This document shows positions 29,401-41,716 of a stretch of DNA of 64,000 nucleotides, piece by piece (the stretch's first letter is position 1; each line of letters opens with the position of its first letter). This stretch comes from Phoronis australis (lineage: Eukaryota; Animalia; Phoronida): positions 769,326 to 833,325 of the forward strand of contig NMRA01000047.1 of NCBI GenBank assembly GCA_002633005.1. The letters are read 5' to 3'. A model generated the notes under the pieces. It ran no database searches and was not told where the DNA came from. It saw only the letters and a program-made list of their open reading frames with translations. The translations under genes and the position numbers were made by a program.

Positions 29401-32400
29401 AGTCAACCACAATGTCCGTGTCCGGCCATTGTTTTCCGTATCACATTTTAGATTAATATGACGCCACCAAGCCCTCTGCTTATTGTGCAGACCTAAAACC
29501 AATTTCATTCGTTCACAATCTCAAGGCAGCTGAGCAAAATTAGTAGTCTGTCTTGCTTGCGAGTCTAGTTAATTTGAACAGTTAAAGCTGCGTTTCACAC
29601 TGTTTAGCTGGCTGAAAAATGAACAGGATTCCATTTCCATCACTAACAAGAACGTCTTAATCACCAGCTAATTACATAATGGCGCATATATGCATCAACT
29701 TGAGTTGTTGGCTCACTCAGCAATAATTCTCAAGATCGTATAACGTAAGTGTGGTAATGTTTTTAAACTCAAAAGCGCTATTCAAGAATTGAACATCGAC
29801 ACCTAAACAGTGGAGAATGTGCCTAATAACTAAAAGTATGTACATTATAAAAGGCTTCAAATTTTTAAATACTAATCTATTAAATATTTCTTGACAGGAA
29901 ACTGAAGGAAATAGCATCACTCATAACCAGAATGGTCTTGGCATCTCCTACTAAATCATCAAACACTTGACATTAATTTGAAATGTTAAGATCCTGCATT
30001 AACTACTCATCAGTCCTTAACTGCACCTGGTAAAGTATTAGATGAAGTGGCATTAAACTCTCGACTTTCTGTCAAAAATCCCAGGTTTGATTTAGATCAC
30101 TTATGTTACAAAATTGGCTTTATCTCGCTCACTGTGACCTGAAGTTCTGTGAGCTTGGGTCTCAACCAATAACCAAGTTACTTCTCAGGAAATGGGCTTG
30201 GAATGATCAACGGGACAAAAAGAGGAAAATTTTCCAGGTGATGTATCGTTCCATAAATAGGCATATGTGATAGAAATACTTTTTGTGTCGTAAAATTTAA
30301 CTGAAATACTGGTATATGGTTTTGCATGAATCGAGTCAAAATAGTGATAAAAAGAGACAAAGAAAACTGGAAATCGAAACCAAAAAAGAAGGAATGCTCT
30401 TAATAGAGGAAAATTCCAAGCCCTGTTGGAACCCCAGAACTGACTCCCAATTTGAACAATTTGATACCAATTTCATAATGGTGAATTGCCCATTTCAAAG
30501 CTCGTTAGTTTGATAGAAAAGGCAGGTTTAATGTTGAAACTACGTGACATTTCATCAATTTAGGTGAAAATTTTATTTTCTCACGTTTTTAATGGTGGTA
30601 AAGCAATGAGTTGGTGCTCCATATCTTTTATAGAAAAAAGCGATATAAAAAATTTAGTTTGTCCACTATATTGTGTCAATTGGTAAGATTATAATGTTTT
30701 GTAGTTTGTGTGGAACCATTTATTGGTTGTATCATCACTAATGATGTTTGACTGCAGTTCATTCGCATCTGACATAGTTCATACCGTATGTACATTTACA
30801 AGTACAAATTTTTGTCCAAAAAGTATAGTTCTGGTTTTTACGCTGACTCAGTTCGAGACATGCAATCACTAGCTAAAAGAAAACATAAGAATGTGCCCTT
30901 GCATTCAGTTAAACCAAGATCTCTCTTGAAGAGCGGCACAAAAGTCCCGTTCAGACATCAACTTTTGGCCCGGCGCAACTGACACGGAGCAAATTGATCG
31001 GTGCCAAGCGTCCGTTTACACACACAACTCACTAATTGTGGCGACACAGAAATTGCAGGCTGGAGAGACTGGATCGCACATGCGCAGTTTTACAAATGAC
31101 GAGAGTTGCAGAGACAAAGAACCCGTACGTAGGTCATTAGGCAAGTGCAGTATAGATGATCCTTTCCACCTTGCTCCAGTCAGGCGTTTAGGCTTATAAT
31201 TGACACGGAGCAAGATGTTCGAGAGCAAATTGCTCTACCTACCAAACGGGTGGCAAAAGTTGTCACCGTGGTGTCAATTTGTTCCGTGTCAGTGCCCTTT
31301 ACACACTGGAACAACTCGTTCCTTGTCAATTGATCCGTGTCAACTTTTGTAGTGTAAACGACACTGAAGGCAAGTAACTAATGGAAAGCAAAGTTTGAAA
31401 TGTGGTGCTTTGCCAAGCGATGCACAATTACTTGCATATGATACACAGGGCGGTGTTCAAAAGTACACAAAGACTAGCACTTCATTATTTCACAAAGTTA
31501 AGTCTGGCCACTCAAATGCTTAACAGTGATCTCCATAATAGCAATGCAAAGTACTTGCATCGACTTTTAGGACCTGCAGGTTCTAAATTGTGCTAATTGT
31601 CTGTTTTATGTAAAAATTACTTTATCCTGCAATTCTTGTCTTTCTTTTTGCTGCCTGTCAGTCGTATTTGTTGCCCTTCCTCACCATAGCAGCATCCCTG
31701 CAGCGACAAAGCTCAGGACGGACATCCCAAAGCTACGCCAATGCGTCCCAACAGTGTTTTGCTTCTCATTTATTTTCAAAATTGTTAGGGCTTTAAAAAT
31801 CCAGAGCACTTGATTTCATGGGTACCTCGACAGCAACAGATGACGGCTGCAGGTAAATGTAGTACCTAACTTGCTAAGTTGTTGAACTATCGTTCAAGTG
31901 TTGCACTGTCACAGATCACCTGTGTTCCAGTCACAGAATTCTAGTTCCAAGGTTGCAATCGAGTCTACTCTTCCTGGGCTATCGTTGCAGGGCATTGGCA
32001 TGTTGGCTCCGAAATTCTATTCATCAAACAATATTCTGATGGTAAAAGAATCTTTTTTGTTGGTGAAATGTGCTATTCTAAAGGACACGTTTTGATTGCC
32101 ATTTGGAAACATGCTGGATTGTAAGGCTATTTTCATGTTTGCTGTCACTAATTGGAATAAAAAAGATTTAATCAAGCATTGGCACAATTGCTACCAATCT
32201 CCCACCCAAAACTGGTCAGATTTAAGTAAATAAACAACTCTTGCATCACTTTTGCTTGGCAGATGTTCTTTTCTGAAGAAGTAAGCAACTAAAAACTCAC
32301 ACCACTGAATTGATTTTCAAAAAACTTAAACCCAAAGCAACTATGCTTTTGAGTTCTTATTGTAAAAAGTTTTGTGTTTCATTTCTATTAAAGTTATGGC

Positions 32401-35400
32401 CTAAAACTGCTATTGTAAAATGTTTATTGTCACAGACTGTCTCCTGTAACCTTAGCCGTCACATGCTAATATTACCCCAGAATGTGCTGTGTGCATTAAG
32501 ATTTGACCCTCATTTCCAATGATGGGAATATCTTTCAGTTACTACTAAATCATCAAAATCAATTAAAATTTAATTACTGCCAATTTAAGCGAGCTCCGAA
32601 AAAATTAGGGGAGCAAAATGCTCATATATTATTTTCAGGGAAACTATGTCAGGTTTCGTGCAGTAAAATGTACCCAACTTGTAAAAGATAACCTACTTTT
32701 ATGATGGGAATGCCTGACACGAATCATGTCCCTTCCTCAATTATCTCGAGTGTCTCCGAACCTGTCAAGACATCCAGCTGAACTTAGTGCAAAACTGCAT
32801 GTACCCAGGTAGCAATGATACACCAAAGCAACCGAATGCAAAAAATGACGGATTAACAGGGACAGTAAATCATAATCTGACTTTAGTTATCTGTAAGAGG
32901 TGGTTATCCGCAGGGAATTTGGCATGAGGTCAAGTAATATGAATGCTTTGTGACCTTTCCACTCTTAAATAGCTTTTAAATCTTACACTATCAGCACTGA
33001 AGAAACTCAGAAAGTAAAATGTAAGCATTACAATTTTTTATTTGTCAGTGCACCGTTATGAAAGGTTCAAGATAAGATGCACACAAATTGTTACATGTTG
33101 TTTAAAATTGAAACGTAACTTCAGGTCGGTATTCGCCAGGTAGAGCATTCAAGACTTCCTCTGACCACGTCATTGAGGACGGGTTGGAATACATATACCC
33201 TTGCCTTGTTATATACTTCGTCTAACATTTCAAACTCAGATCCAGAATCAGAACTTACTTTTGAGTCAATTCAACATCGACGTTAGACAGTCAAATAGCT
33301 ATTGCACCAGGACAGGATAGCGACCACCGGAAATTTCTTTCAGAAAAACAGGAAAACTTTACTTCGGTTAAGAATTTAGTAAAAGTGTACAGCGTCATGT
33401 CATCTAATGATGTACTTACAACGTGGATGTTTTCCATGAAATTTAGCATTAACTAGGTCAACACAGGTCAAGAGCCCAACTTGTTGATTGGTTCTTTGAC
33501 AATGAATTGGAAAGTTGCCAAAAGTCACCTTTGGCAGTGAAAGAGATTTAAAGACTGATTTTTAATCAAGGTTTAAAGTTACTGATCACAAGAGGGGAAA
33601 ATTTTCCTGTGATAGGCTCGTTAAATGATAAGAAAGTAATCAGTGCTAATTACAGGCAAGTTCCAGTTTTTGTGGTTCTATTAACTGCGTAGATGGAAAT
33701 AAAAGCTGCATGCATGATTGAACATTTTCATAACTGATTGGTGAATAAAGTTATTACTATCTTGGAAAGGCTATTGAACACAAAAGGCAGCAAGAAGCCA
33801 ACCCGAAAATGCTCATATGGTGAACAAAATGGGCACCTCAACTTTGTAACTGCATTCATCATTTTGCTTTCAAAAATGACTTTACTACCATTTGTTTCAT
33901 CTTGCATTGCATCAGCCATTCTTTAAAATTTGTTAAAGTATAATTATATTTATCAAATTCCCAAAACACACGGAAAATAGGACAGGTCATCTCCTTTACA
34001 TCACTGCAAGCTTGCAATATGTCAGCTGGTAATCGCTGACTGTAACACTGCATCTTTCGACAGCAGATCAGTCAAATTTACATTCCTCTCGGTCTCAACA
34101 TCGTCCATTGGGTCTGAGTTCTACATTTTTATCCGATCATTGCCCGAATCTTCTAACAACGAAATTCTTTCACCCACATTCCATGCATGACACTGTCCGA
34201 TTCGTCTGTCACATTCTTTTTCGAATCAAATTGGGAGGGGGTGTGACAATTTTATAGTATTTTCACCATCAGGCGATTCAAATTTGTTCCCTAGGCACCG
34301 AATACATGCCAAATATAAAAAACAGATCAGCCACAAAATGTCACGACGCTAACATATCTGTCACTTCAGCCTTTCTACTGTTTTGAAAATCAATTCTGTG
34401 AAGCAAATTACAGGAAGACACCCAAGCAGTATGCACCTGCGGCAACTGAAAACTCTCACAGTAGATTTTTGTTTTTCAGCCAGCCTAAACAGGATGAATT
34501 GACGCTTTAAGCAAACATAGTGGATCTATGAAAATTCTCTGCACCAATGAGGCAGAGCCCGCTCCTAAAACTTAACCCCCCAATACATATTTGAGAGCAT
34601 GGTATCATTTATTAATAACTTTTTAAAAATTTTATGGAGACGAAATTTGCCAGGCATCACAGAGCTCTGTGCCAAGTTGCATTTGGCGACCAGGTAAAAA
34701 TCCCAGGCCACCAGATGAAACTCGAGATTGACAAAACTGAAAAATGCCTGGTCGGTGAATGAAATCCAAGGTTGTCCGAGCTTGGTGCAGGATTCGTCCA
34801 GCTAAAAAAGGTTGTATGGTCGTAACGTGCCCTGCAGTATCTTACGAGTACCTCTCCAAATTCTCCCCATTAGTGTACATTCGTTCTCTGACTAATTCCT
34901 CCCGCCAACGAATGAACAAGGAACGCTGACAATCGCATCCACTGGTGGCACGTATTTCACTGATCTTGCCCGATTTTTGACAAATAATACTGACATCTGT
35001 ATTTTTACTTCCTGTTCTAATTTAAGCGCGTACTCGATGTGTGCCGACAGCGGTGGTGGCAAATGCACTGATTTCATGAAATAAACAATTATGAACCAAA
35101 GATATTTATTCTAGGAAATCTCTTATTCTTTTAAAGTTTGCAAGTCAACACAACTTTTTTTTTAAACGAATTTCAGGGGAATTATTGTCTGACTTTGATA
35201 CTCGTGGTGGCGACTTTGTAGCGACTTGCGATTTTTCCCAGGAGGCCCAACACAATCAGAGGTCGCCTTGGCAACATGCAGGTAGCCAAATCGAGCGCTG
35301 CATCACCTCACAAACCTCACTCTCCACTTAAGACAATTGCACAAAACAAGAGAGAAGCAAACAGCAATGTCTGACTTGACTTATGGCAGAGCCAATCAAA

Positions 35401-38400
35401 CTAGTCACTACTGTTCAGACAAGCTAATAGCCAGTGACTGCATCAATTAGCAATTATCTACAGGGAATGGAATATCAACAATGGGGAAATTGACTAGATA
35501 TCAACTCCACATTGATTTAAAATTCAACTATCCAATTAACAACTGTCCCTGGACATGTTTGCCTGTGGTTGGATAAATGACTTGTGACGCCTCGTGTTAG
35601 GAAACATGTTCGATTGCAGGATCTCATGAGGAAAATCACATGAAGAACTTGTTTAAAAGTTCAATGTGTCTGCATTCAGCAATGCGCCGATGAATGGATG
35701 TGATCTGTTTTTTTTTTGTAAGCTGCAGAAAAACACAAGAGAGATCAACCACTGCATTCTCGTCTGAAGATCTCACTCTTCGTGAGATGCCTGCAGTCGT
35801 CATATTTCTGTTCGGTATTTAAAAATAAATTAAAGCTAATGGTTTAACAGTAATTAAAACTCATTTTCAATTCATCTCCTCATGGGCCACACTGTATGAC
35901 AGAAAAATCGTGCAGCTATTTTCACTAGAATTCATAGTTCATTACCCACTTACAACAGGAGAATATCTAATGAATTTAACTAAAATTTAATTGCCAAGTA
36001 TCCGTAAACCGAGAAGCAAAACCTTCAACTAACACCCCACCGGTAACGACACCATGAAATACGACATATCCAAGACAATAAATAATAAACACACTGGGGT
36101 ACAAGTTACCTTTGAGCATTAGCACACCTGGTAGCCAGAAACATCACCCAACTGATGAGGAATCAGCCAATCATGCCCTGGCAAATAAATTCCTACAAAT
36201 AGGCGGCCCTGACCAACAAATAATCAACCTAATGTAGCTTGGATCATTACAACATGAGCAGGAAGACCTCTGCTCATTCATAAGTCATAACACCACCTCA
36301 GGCAGATGAATTGAAATAAACAGCATGGATTATCAAGGTAGAGGATTTATCAACCTGGTGTGAATAAGTGCAGCTTCCTATCAAAGCCTCTCTTGAAGCA
36401 CAGGCTCTCAGACAGGAATGTGTTGTTTGTCAGTTGAAATCAATATCGCAGCAGACATACTGAAGTTGACAGTTCTGAAACACCACATAAACTCGCAAAT
36501 AATTTCTGCAAGTTCAAAAATAGAGTACAAGATTTTCCAAAATGTCCACAAATCCATCTGTACCGTTTTCATACCCAGGCTAGTTTCTTGAGAGTTGGGT
36601 AAGATCAAACAAGGCTTTGCGAGATTTGGTGGCCCGCGTGTGTGATTCAAACAATGCACGGACATAATCTCAAAAGCGTTCACTCTAGAATAACTTGCTT
36701 TATGGAGCAGGCGACTATTGTTCTCATGTTCTACCATAATACAAATCCATACTATCTACAAATACAGACACTTCAACATGGAAAGTGCTTACTAGGTAAG
36801 TCTTAACGAAAATTTAGAATTGAAAAATCAACAACCTATGTGGCCAAGTGCTACCAGTGACAAAGGTCCGGCAGGGATTCTTGAAGGAGCAAAACACAAA
36901 ATGACTGTTCCGTTCCTTGTTCTTCCAGACTAGAACAGTACAGTATTATAATTAACATTCAGGTTAACATCCCGTGCTTAAATTAGCGAGAATGAAAATT
37001 GGACGGGTAGCATTGAACCCAGAGAGGAGTATTTAAATAAGGAATTTCAAGAAATTGGGTGGGGGTGGGCGCTTAGTCGCTTACCCAGACATGGGTGCTT
37101 AACAAGAGTCGGGGAGATGTGGATACATATGGCTTTCGAAATTGAAGCCATAGATCCAAAGTTGAAAAAGCACTCTCTAACTGACACATGCATTTGCACA
37201 GCCTAAATACGCAAACTGAAAGACGAGAAAACAAGAGTCACAGGAAATACCTAGGACTTTTCCAGGACTGACCTGTCATGTATTTTTCATCGAAGTCATT
37301 GTTGAAGATGCAAAGTTGGATAAATCTAGTACAAACTCCTGATTTTTGTTCACAGTTTAAATCTGAGCTGGAACAACTGAAAAACTTCCTGCCAAAAAAC
37401 TTCCATGACATTTTATACTCTGACCTATTGACATGTTGATGTATGGGAATGACATCGTACACACTTTGCATCTTATGTTGTTAAGCATAAGTGTTCAAGT
37501 TTTGGACGAAATAAAAAGCCTCAAAATACTTCGACTTCGTGCAACTCTCCATTACAGCGTGATTCAAGTTCGCTCCTTAGCACCGAGGTTGGCCACAAAA
37601 CGACACGTGACCCCGTCATGCATGTCACTAGTGTAATTTCACCTTTGATGGCATAAAACAAAGCTAAGACTTGGCTATCAAAACTTCCATTCTACTGAAA
37701 ACCTAATTAGTTGTAGTGTAAAATCACAGTCTGTGGCAAACTGTAGTATCTGTAGGTGTCATATTCAACTACATGACTGCTTCAACACACTGCAAGACAC
37801 TATCCGGAATACAATGTTACAGGCGACAACCACTAACTGCTCTGGTTTCCAGATTTGAAAGCTTTCCTTAGCACTTTGAAAATCAATTCGGTAATGTGAA
37901 TTATGCGTGGAAACTAGACTGAAAAGTAAGAGCCTAATTGAAAATTTCTGTAATTTGAGAGGGGACTTATAATCTAGAATTGGACGCTTAATCTGAAAAT
38001 TCTCAAAGGCAAGGGGGAAGGAGTTTACATAAAGATGGGCATTAATGCATAAGTTTGCAGCACGTTTTTTACATTAAACACCCATTAGAGCTCTGGGTAT
38101 CTCTCTTGTGAAACATTATCAACAAACAAATGTCATCCAAAGTTAATTAAGAGAACTAGTCTTTGCATAACACTCACAAAATGTCAGTTAACACAAGAAC
38201 ATTCCTGGAAAACTAGTTCCCTCAAGCTTAAAGCACAAATTACAAACATGTCTGTCAGAATGCACGTTTTGATAGACTTAAAAATGTGACATCTCTCATT
38301 ATCACATTAAGTCAAAATTAAGACATTTCGTTTGAGACAGTTTAGTAAGCAAAAAACAATGCCCAAGGGTTTCAAATGCAGGGTCCTCGATTACCTGAAG

Positions 38401-41400
38401 AGAAAAATGCCTGTGCCTTCTGAGAGAGGAATTTCTTGGGTGAGGGGAAAATTCTATACCCCAGTCAGCATCAACAGCACCACACTCCTTTAGCTAGCCC
38501 TCATAGGCTCTGTCTCAAGTAGCCATAACCGAATCATTTTGTGCCGTTTCAAATCACTGCCTGTGCGAGTTAAAAGTAAGTTGAACCATGAGTGGAGTTT
38601 TTTAATCACTTGAGGCTAATTTTTGGACCTCGTGAAATGAATTTTGATTGATTTTGAAATATTTTTCATAGGGGAATGGGGCCGATTTTTGACCAAAAAA
38701 CCAAGGGATTGAGGGTCCTGAACTAGAACATAATTGAAGAAAACTTTGAGTGTTAACTCCCACCAATTCGGAACTTGACTCATTCATTCAGTTTTGACAA
38801 ATGCAAAACTGGTCAGTAACCCTAACATTGTGCGCCTCACTCTGACGTCAGGCCCACGGATTGTGAGCCTCACTCTGACGTCAGGCCCACGCATTGTGAG
38901 CCTCACTCTGACGCCAGACCCTGCCATTGCGAACCTCACCCTGACGTCAGGTCCTGGCATTGTGAGCCTCACTCTGATGTCAGGCCCTGGCATTGTGAGC
39001 CTCACTCTGACGTCAGGTCCCGACATTGTGAGCCTCACTTTGACGTCACGCAATGGCATTGTGAGCCTCATTCTGACATCAGGCCCTGACATTGTAAGCT
39101 TCACTCTGACTTCAAGCCCAGGCATTGTGATCCTCACTATGACATCAGGTCCTGGCATTCTGAGCCTCACTCTGACATCAGGAACTATGATTTTTTCTTA
39201 ATTGCCAGGCATGTATCTGCTGTGCCCTTCAAACTCAATGAAGGAAGCATTAAGTGTGCTGCTTGTATTATCTTTATTTCATCCTCAAAATGCATTGAAG
39301 GATTGACATTCATTTCCAGAAGGTTGAAACTTCTAATGTCTTGCAAAGTGAACATCAGTACTCATACTTCTCCTACACATACCAAGCTACCACCCAGTAT
39401 CCTTCACTTTTTATCATGAAAAACCAAATATACAATTATGGTATTGGTATCAACTACTTAAATATGAGAATCATGTTTGAAACCTCTAATTCTGCGAAGA
39501 AGTCCAATTCCGTGAATTCTGCCCATTTCCCAATACCAGGGAAAATCTAAAATTTATTTGGAACAACATTTTAATGATGTCTAACATGTTGTAATCAAAG
39601 ACTTGACATTTAGAATGTTGTTTTTAAGGTAAAATTCTAGATTTTAATGGGCATTTAAGTTTAAAGTACTTCATGTAATAGCTCTGACATTTGGTAACTC
39701 AATAACCTTCGTTTAAAGTGTACTTAAACAAAACCAAAGCAGCTTACACATATTTTTGTGTAATACTCTTATTAAGCGGTGATATTTAGACAAATTTTCA
39801 GAACATGTGTTCACCAGTTAGCGGGGCGTAATTGCATCAAACTGTTAGTAGTGTGGGGCAAGTCAGTAAGCTGTTGAGACAACAGGAATGCAAGTGAATA
39901 GTTTTAGTCATCCTATTAATATAATTATCAGGCAGGAACAAATAGTTTGAACACAGGACGCAGATTGCTGGCTTCGTGTCTAGCTTTTTACAGAGGAGCA
40001 AATGGACCAGGAAATCCTCTTAACACGCGTATTGCCTGGATACTGTTGATAACACTAGTTCCCAGAAACAACAGTCGACACTCGAGCAAGTAATTCACAA
40101 TTCACTCAGCTCTTCACTTCTTAGGTTAATATAAGTCCTTGATGGGATGTAAGCCACTTCTCAAGAAATCCACAACTCGACTTGGCAAAACAGTCACAGC
40201 ATCAGACGCCCACTCATCTCTTGGAGAATAATGCCAGACACAAGTCCAGTACATGCGATAAACTCACACCAATTGCAGACAAAAATTGACGAAAGTGCCC
40301 TTTTCATTTTCAAGTGACTCTAACGTTGTGATTTTACAACAATCCATTGAAATCATTTCAAGTACAGCAAAAATTATTATCAAATTTGATCTTTTTCAAT
40401 TTTCAAAGCCATTCAGCATTTTTGTGAAAGCGTACAATTTCTCATCGTAGCTATGGTAACTAACAGAACTGGAAAATTAATCTTTTACAAAAATGAATTT
40501 TCACTCGTCCACTGGTCTGTGCCCTAAATTCATGAGATTTGATTATATATAAATTTTGCCCCAGGACAGCACTATCACGACTGTTGAGCGACACCTGACG
40601 GCACGGCGATTTCTATGATTGACAGTTTCATTAAGTTCATTATGTCATTTAATGAAAGTGCAAAAATTCAAAATCAAAGTAGCAGAGGAGAATCTTGGAA
40701 AAATAAAATGAACTCCATTCGATCCAGGATTTCATAGTGCCGTCATGAGTGCTAACTTGCCAAGTTAAAAAAGTAACAAAACGAGTTTGACTCAAATCAT
40801 GAAACAAAACAGTGGTTTTTAAAGATGGTGGTGCATACAATTTAGAATTGATATTATAGAGTAGTTTGTCGGCACAAACGAATTGTATTGAATGTTTGGA
40901 AGATAATAACATTTGCTCATTAATAGTAACATTTGCACATTAATTATATTTGAACATCTGTTTTTTAAATAGGACATAAAGGATACAAATATTAACAAGC
41001 AACTTTGTGCTGCTGTAAACCTGATTCCGTCCAAGAAGTAAACTTTTGATATAGACCCCTTTCCAAGCTACGAAATGGGTCTCAGTTTGTTCCATACTCA
41101 GATAAAAGGTACTTTCTGGTAGTGCAAAGAACTGACAATTGATTACTCCTTGAAACCTCAGCACACAAAATGACAAGCCATGACAAGTTAATTTGTAGAG
41201 TCTTGTCTCAAGCGCTAATGAGCTGTCAGTTCCTTTGAAGCCTCCTGTAGGAAAGCCTGAAGGAAGAAATGATCTCCATTTGAAACCAATTTAATTGTGG
41301 TCAAATGGTCTTAATAAAAAGTCGCTCAACTTAGATGGAAGTCTAATTCATAGATGCTTAAATTCTTTACAAAACCATGTTACCTTTTGCGATATATTTT

Positions 41401-41716
41401 GCTGCATCAATCGGCCACTTATTGAAGAGTTCGGCAGGTAAGCATTCATAGGTCGAGGTTCCTTGGGTGGTGGGTTGTTTGCTGTTTTCATGCCTTCCAG
41501 AAGTCGTATCAGTAAAATATTTGGTGGCAGTTCCTCTACTTTAATTTCCACCACAGAACGACACTCGGGACAACGCAGTTCATTTTTGGTGCTTACAATT
41601 TCTTCGAGACATCGTCGACAAAATGTGTGCTGGCAAGGCAGGACTTTACTGGATGTGTCCATGCGATCCAAACACACAGAACATTCGAGCAATTCGTTCA
41701 ACATACGCTCATCCAT
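5265..41716 (-). CDS. SH3RF1: Whole gene span: SH3 domain-containing RING finger E3 ubiquitin ligase (POSH / SH3RF1-3 family), 12 coding exons, 2109 nt, about 702 aa
   Basis: N-terminal C3HC4 RING ([37 protein letters not shown]...CPECR), two adjacent SH3 domains, a third SH3, a Ser/Pro-rich linker and a C-terminal SH3. This is the POSH architecture. Exon phases chain without frameshift. The vertebrate paralog number is not resolvable. Confidence 0.95.
5882..6291 (+). mobile_element. Kolobok-like MITE family A, copy 2
   Basis: Shares gctcctaactatgctaatgtata...aaatctgcaaataggtgacctttgca...agagataaggaat...caagttccactttaa with copy 1. Confidence 0.8.
7278..7424 (-). CDS. SH3RF1: SH3RF coding exon 11 (SGSLP...HQKSGSLDS...KPLVRE)
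   Basis: gcatgtag|G AGT...GAA AG|gtaact; 147 nt; phase 2 to 2. Confidence 0.9.
8763..9259. mobile_element. Kolobok-like MITE family B
   Basis: Perfect 14-bp TIR ggttatgtaggacc/ggtcctacataacc; flanks ttac/ttaa. Confidence 0.85.
9611..9747 (-). CDS. SH3RF1: SH3RF coding exon 10 ([29 protein letters not shown]...)
   Basis: ggttttcag|AAG...ACG AG|gtgagg; 137 nt; basic KEKK/LMKRL motif. Confidence 0.9.
10303..10786 (-). CDS. SH3RF1: SH3RF coding exon 9 (Ser/Pro-rich linker)
   Basis: catttcag|G GCC...GAA AAG|gtgtgg; 484 nt open frame, GC-rich. Confidence 0.9.
11606..11773 (-). CDS. SH3RF1: SH3RF coding exon 8 (SH3 #3: [21 protein letters not shown]...DGWFKG...[10 protein letters not shown])
   Basis: ttttccag|C TAT...GCT AG|gtatgt; 168 nt, phase 2 to 2. 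Confidence 0.95.
12377..12429 (-). CDS. SH3RF1: SH3RF coding exon 7 ([17 protein letters not shown])
   Basis: tttcttacag|AGT...CAA AT|gtgagt; 53 nt; supplies the phase 0 to 2 change needed to join exons 6 and 8. Confidence 0.8.
13590..13755. mobile_element. Decayed MITE fragment with repeated ggtgggcttat motifs
   Basis: Several gg(t)gggcttat units ending ...ttataaccgagcaaatgaggta; a similar remnant lies at 12870-12920. Confidence 0.45.
14050..14298 (-). CDS. SH3RF1: SH3RF coding exon 6 (linker: MNHAAKSLL...KRHSLTSL...QQRHSTE)
   Basis: ctgaag|ATG AAC...AAT CAG|gtgagg; 249 nt; KRHS and RHS-E motifs resemble the POSH linker. Confidence 0.88.
14958..15053 (-). CDS. SH3RF1: SH3RF coding exon 5 (SH3 #2 second half: [17 protein letters not shown]...GIFPIAFVE)
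   Basis: gttgtag|GAT...GAG|gtgagt; 96 nt. Confidence 0.95.
15547..15642 (-). CDS. SH3RF1: SH3RF coding exon 4 (SH3 #2 first half: [32 protein letters not shown])
   Basis: tcttacag|GTT...TCC AAG|gtaaag; 96 nt; KALFDF SH3 motif. Confidence 0.93.
16144..16258 (-). CDS. SH3RF1: SH3RF coding exon 3 (SH3 #1: [24 protein letters not shown]...FFPISYVQ)
   Basis: catttcag|G GAC...GTT CAG|gtacag; 115 nt, phase 2 to 0. Confidence 0.95.
16311..16628. repeat. 18-bp minisatellite (tataagtcaacaccacgg), left part
   Basis: About 17 units; explains the LTYTLV-repeat ORF. Confidence 0.95.
16629..17869. mobile_element. Tc1/mariner(pogo)-like non-autonomous element inserted at TA, containing gap 17040-17769
   Basis: TIR ccgtaatcgttcgggttaacgccc / gggcgttaacccgaacgattactg; TA on both sides; subterminal ttaa[cg]cgccc repeats. 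Confidence 0.85.
17040..17769. other. Assembly gap (N run)
   Basis: Run of N. Confidence 1.
17870..18050. repeat. 18-bp minisatellite, right part
   Basis: The same unit resumes in register after the element; about 10 units. Confidence 0.93.
19690..20148. mobile_element. Left-truncated copy of MITE family B
   Basis: Shares tttaaaatgttccacttt, cagattggtaaaaa.tcaaaaatcaaatt and the right end gataaggtcctacatgacc-ttaa with 8763-9263. Confidence 0.75.
21556..21617 (-). CDS. SH3RF1: SH3RF coding exon 2 (start of SH3 #1: [21 protein letters not shown])
   Basis: Not in the ORF track; tttccag|GTC...CCA GG|gtaggt; ALFNY SH3 motif; 62 nt, phase 0 to 2. Confidence 0.93.
22425..22512. mobile_element. 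Right-end fragment related to the 16629-17869 element
   Basis: caatttaagcgcacagggcgttaacccgcaagtttactgta matches the right terminus. Confidence 0.65.
28236..28660. mobile_element. Foldback / long palindromic element
   Basis: Arms of about 200 and 180 bp are reverse complements (tcaaggtacctaaactacac.../...gtgtagtttaggtaccttga); spacer about 45 bp; internal acacg(g)actca subrepeats. Confidence 0.9.
30192..30425. mobile_element. Second, more decayed copy of the 4125-4361 MITE
   Basis: gggcttggaatga...ttccaggtgatgtatcgt...gaggaaaattccaagccctg. Confidence 0.85.
30941..31365. mobile_element. Decayed MITE, possibly PIF/Harbinger-like, with gacacggagcaa motifs in both orientations
   Basis: Direct and inverted tgacacggagcaaattg / caatt..tccgtgtca motifs; ends cgtttacac / gtgtaaacgacact. 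Confidence 0.5.
34660..35300 (+). mobile_element. hAT-like non-autonomous element with 5-bp TSD
   Basis: Short TIR cagagctc/gagcgctg; flanks catca/catca; inverted relative at 59733-60305. Confidence 0.7.
38825..39182. repeat. 33-bp minisatellite, 11 units, each centred on a TGACGTCA-like octamer
   Basis: Octamers at exact 33-bp spacing from 38843 to 39173. Confidence 0.95.
41384..41716 (-). CDS. SH3RF1: SH3RF coding exon 1 (ATG, RING domain)
   Basis: ATG at 41716; 111 codons; ends CAA AAG|gtaaca, phase 0. Confidence 0.95.

Noticed and set aside
38784-39201. Repetitive ORFs on both strands (also 16293-16622, 50754-51015, 51532-51914, 62244-62511)
   Set aside because: They arise from stop-free minisatellite units; no splice context or domain signal
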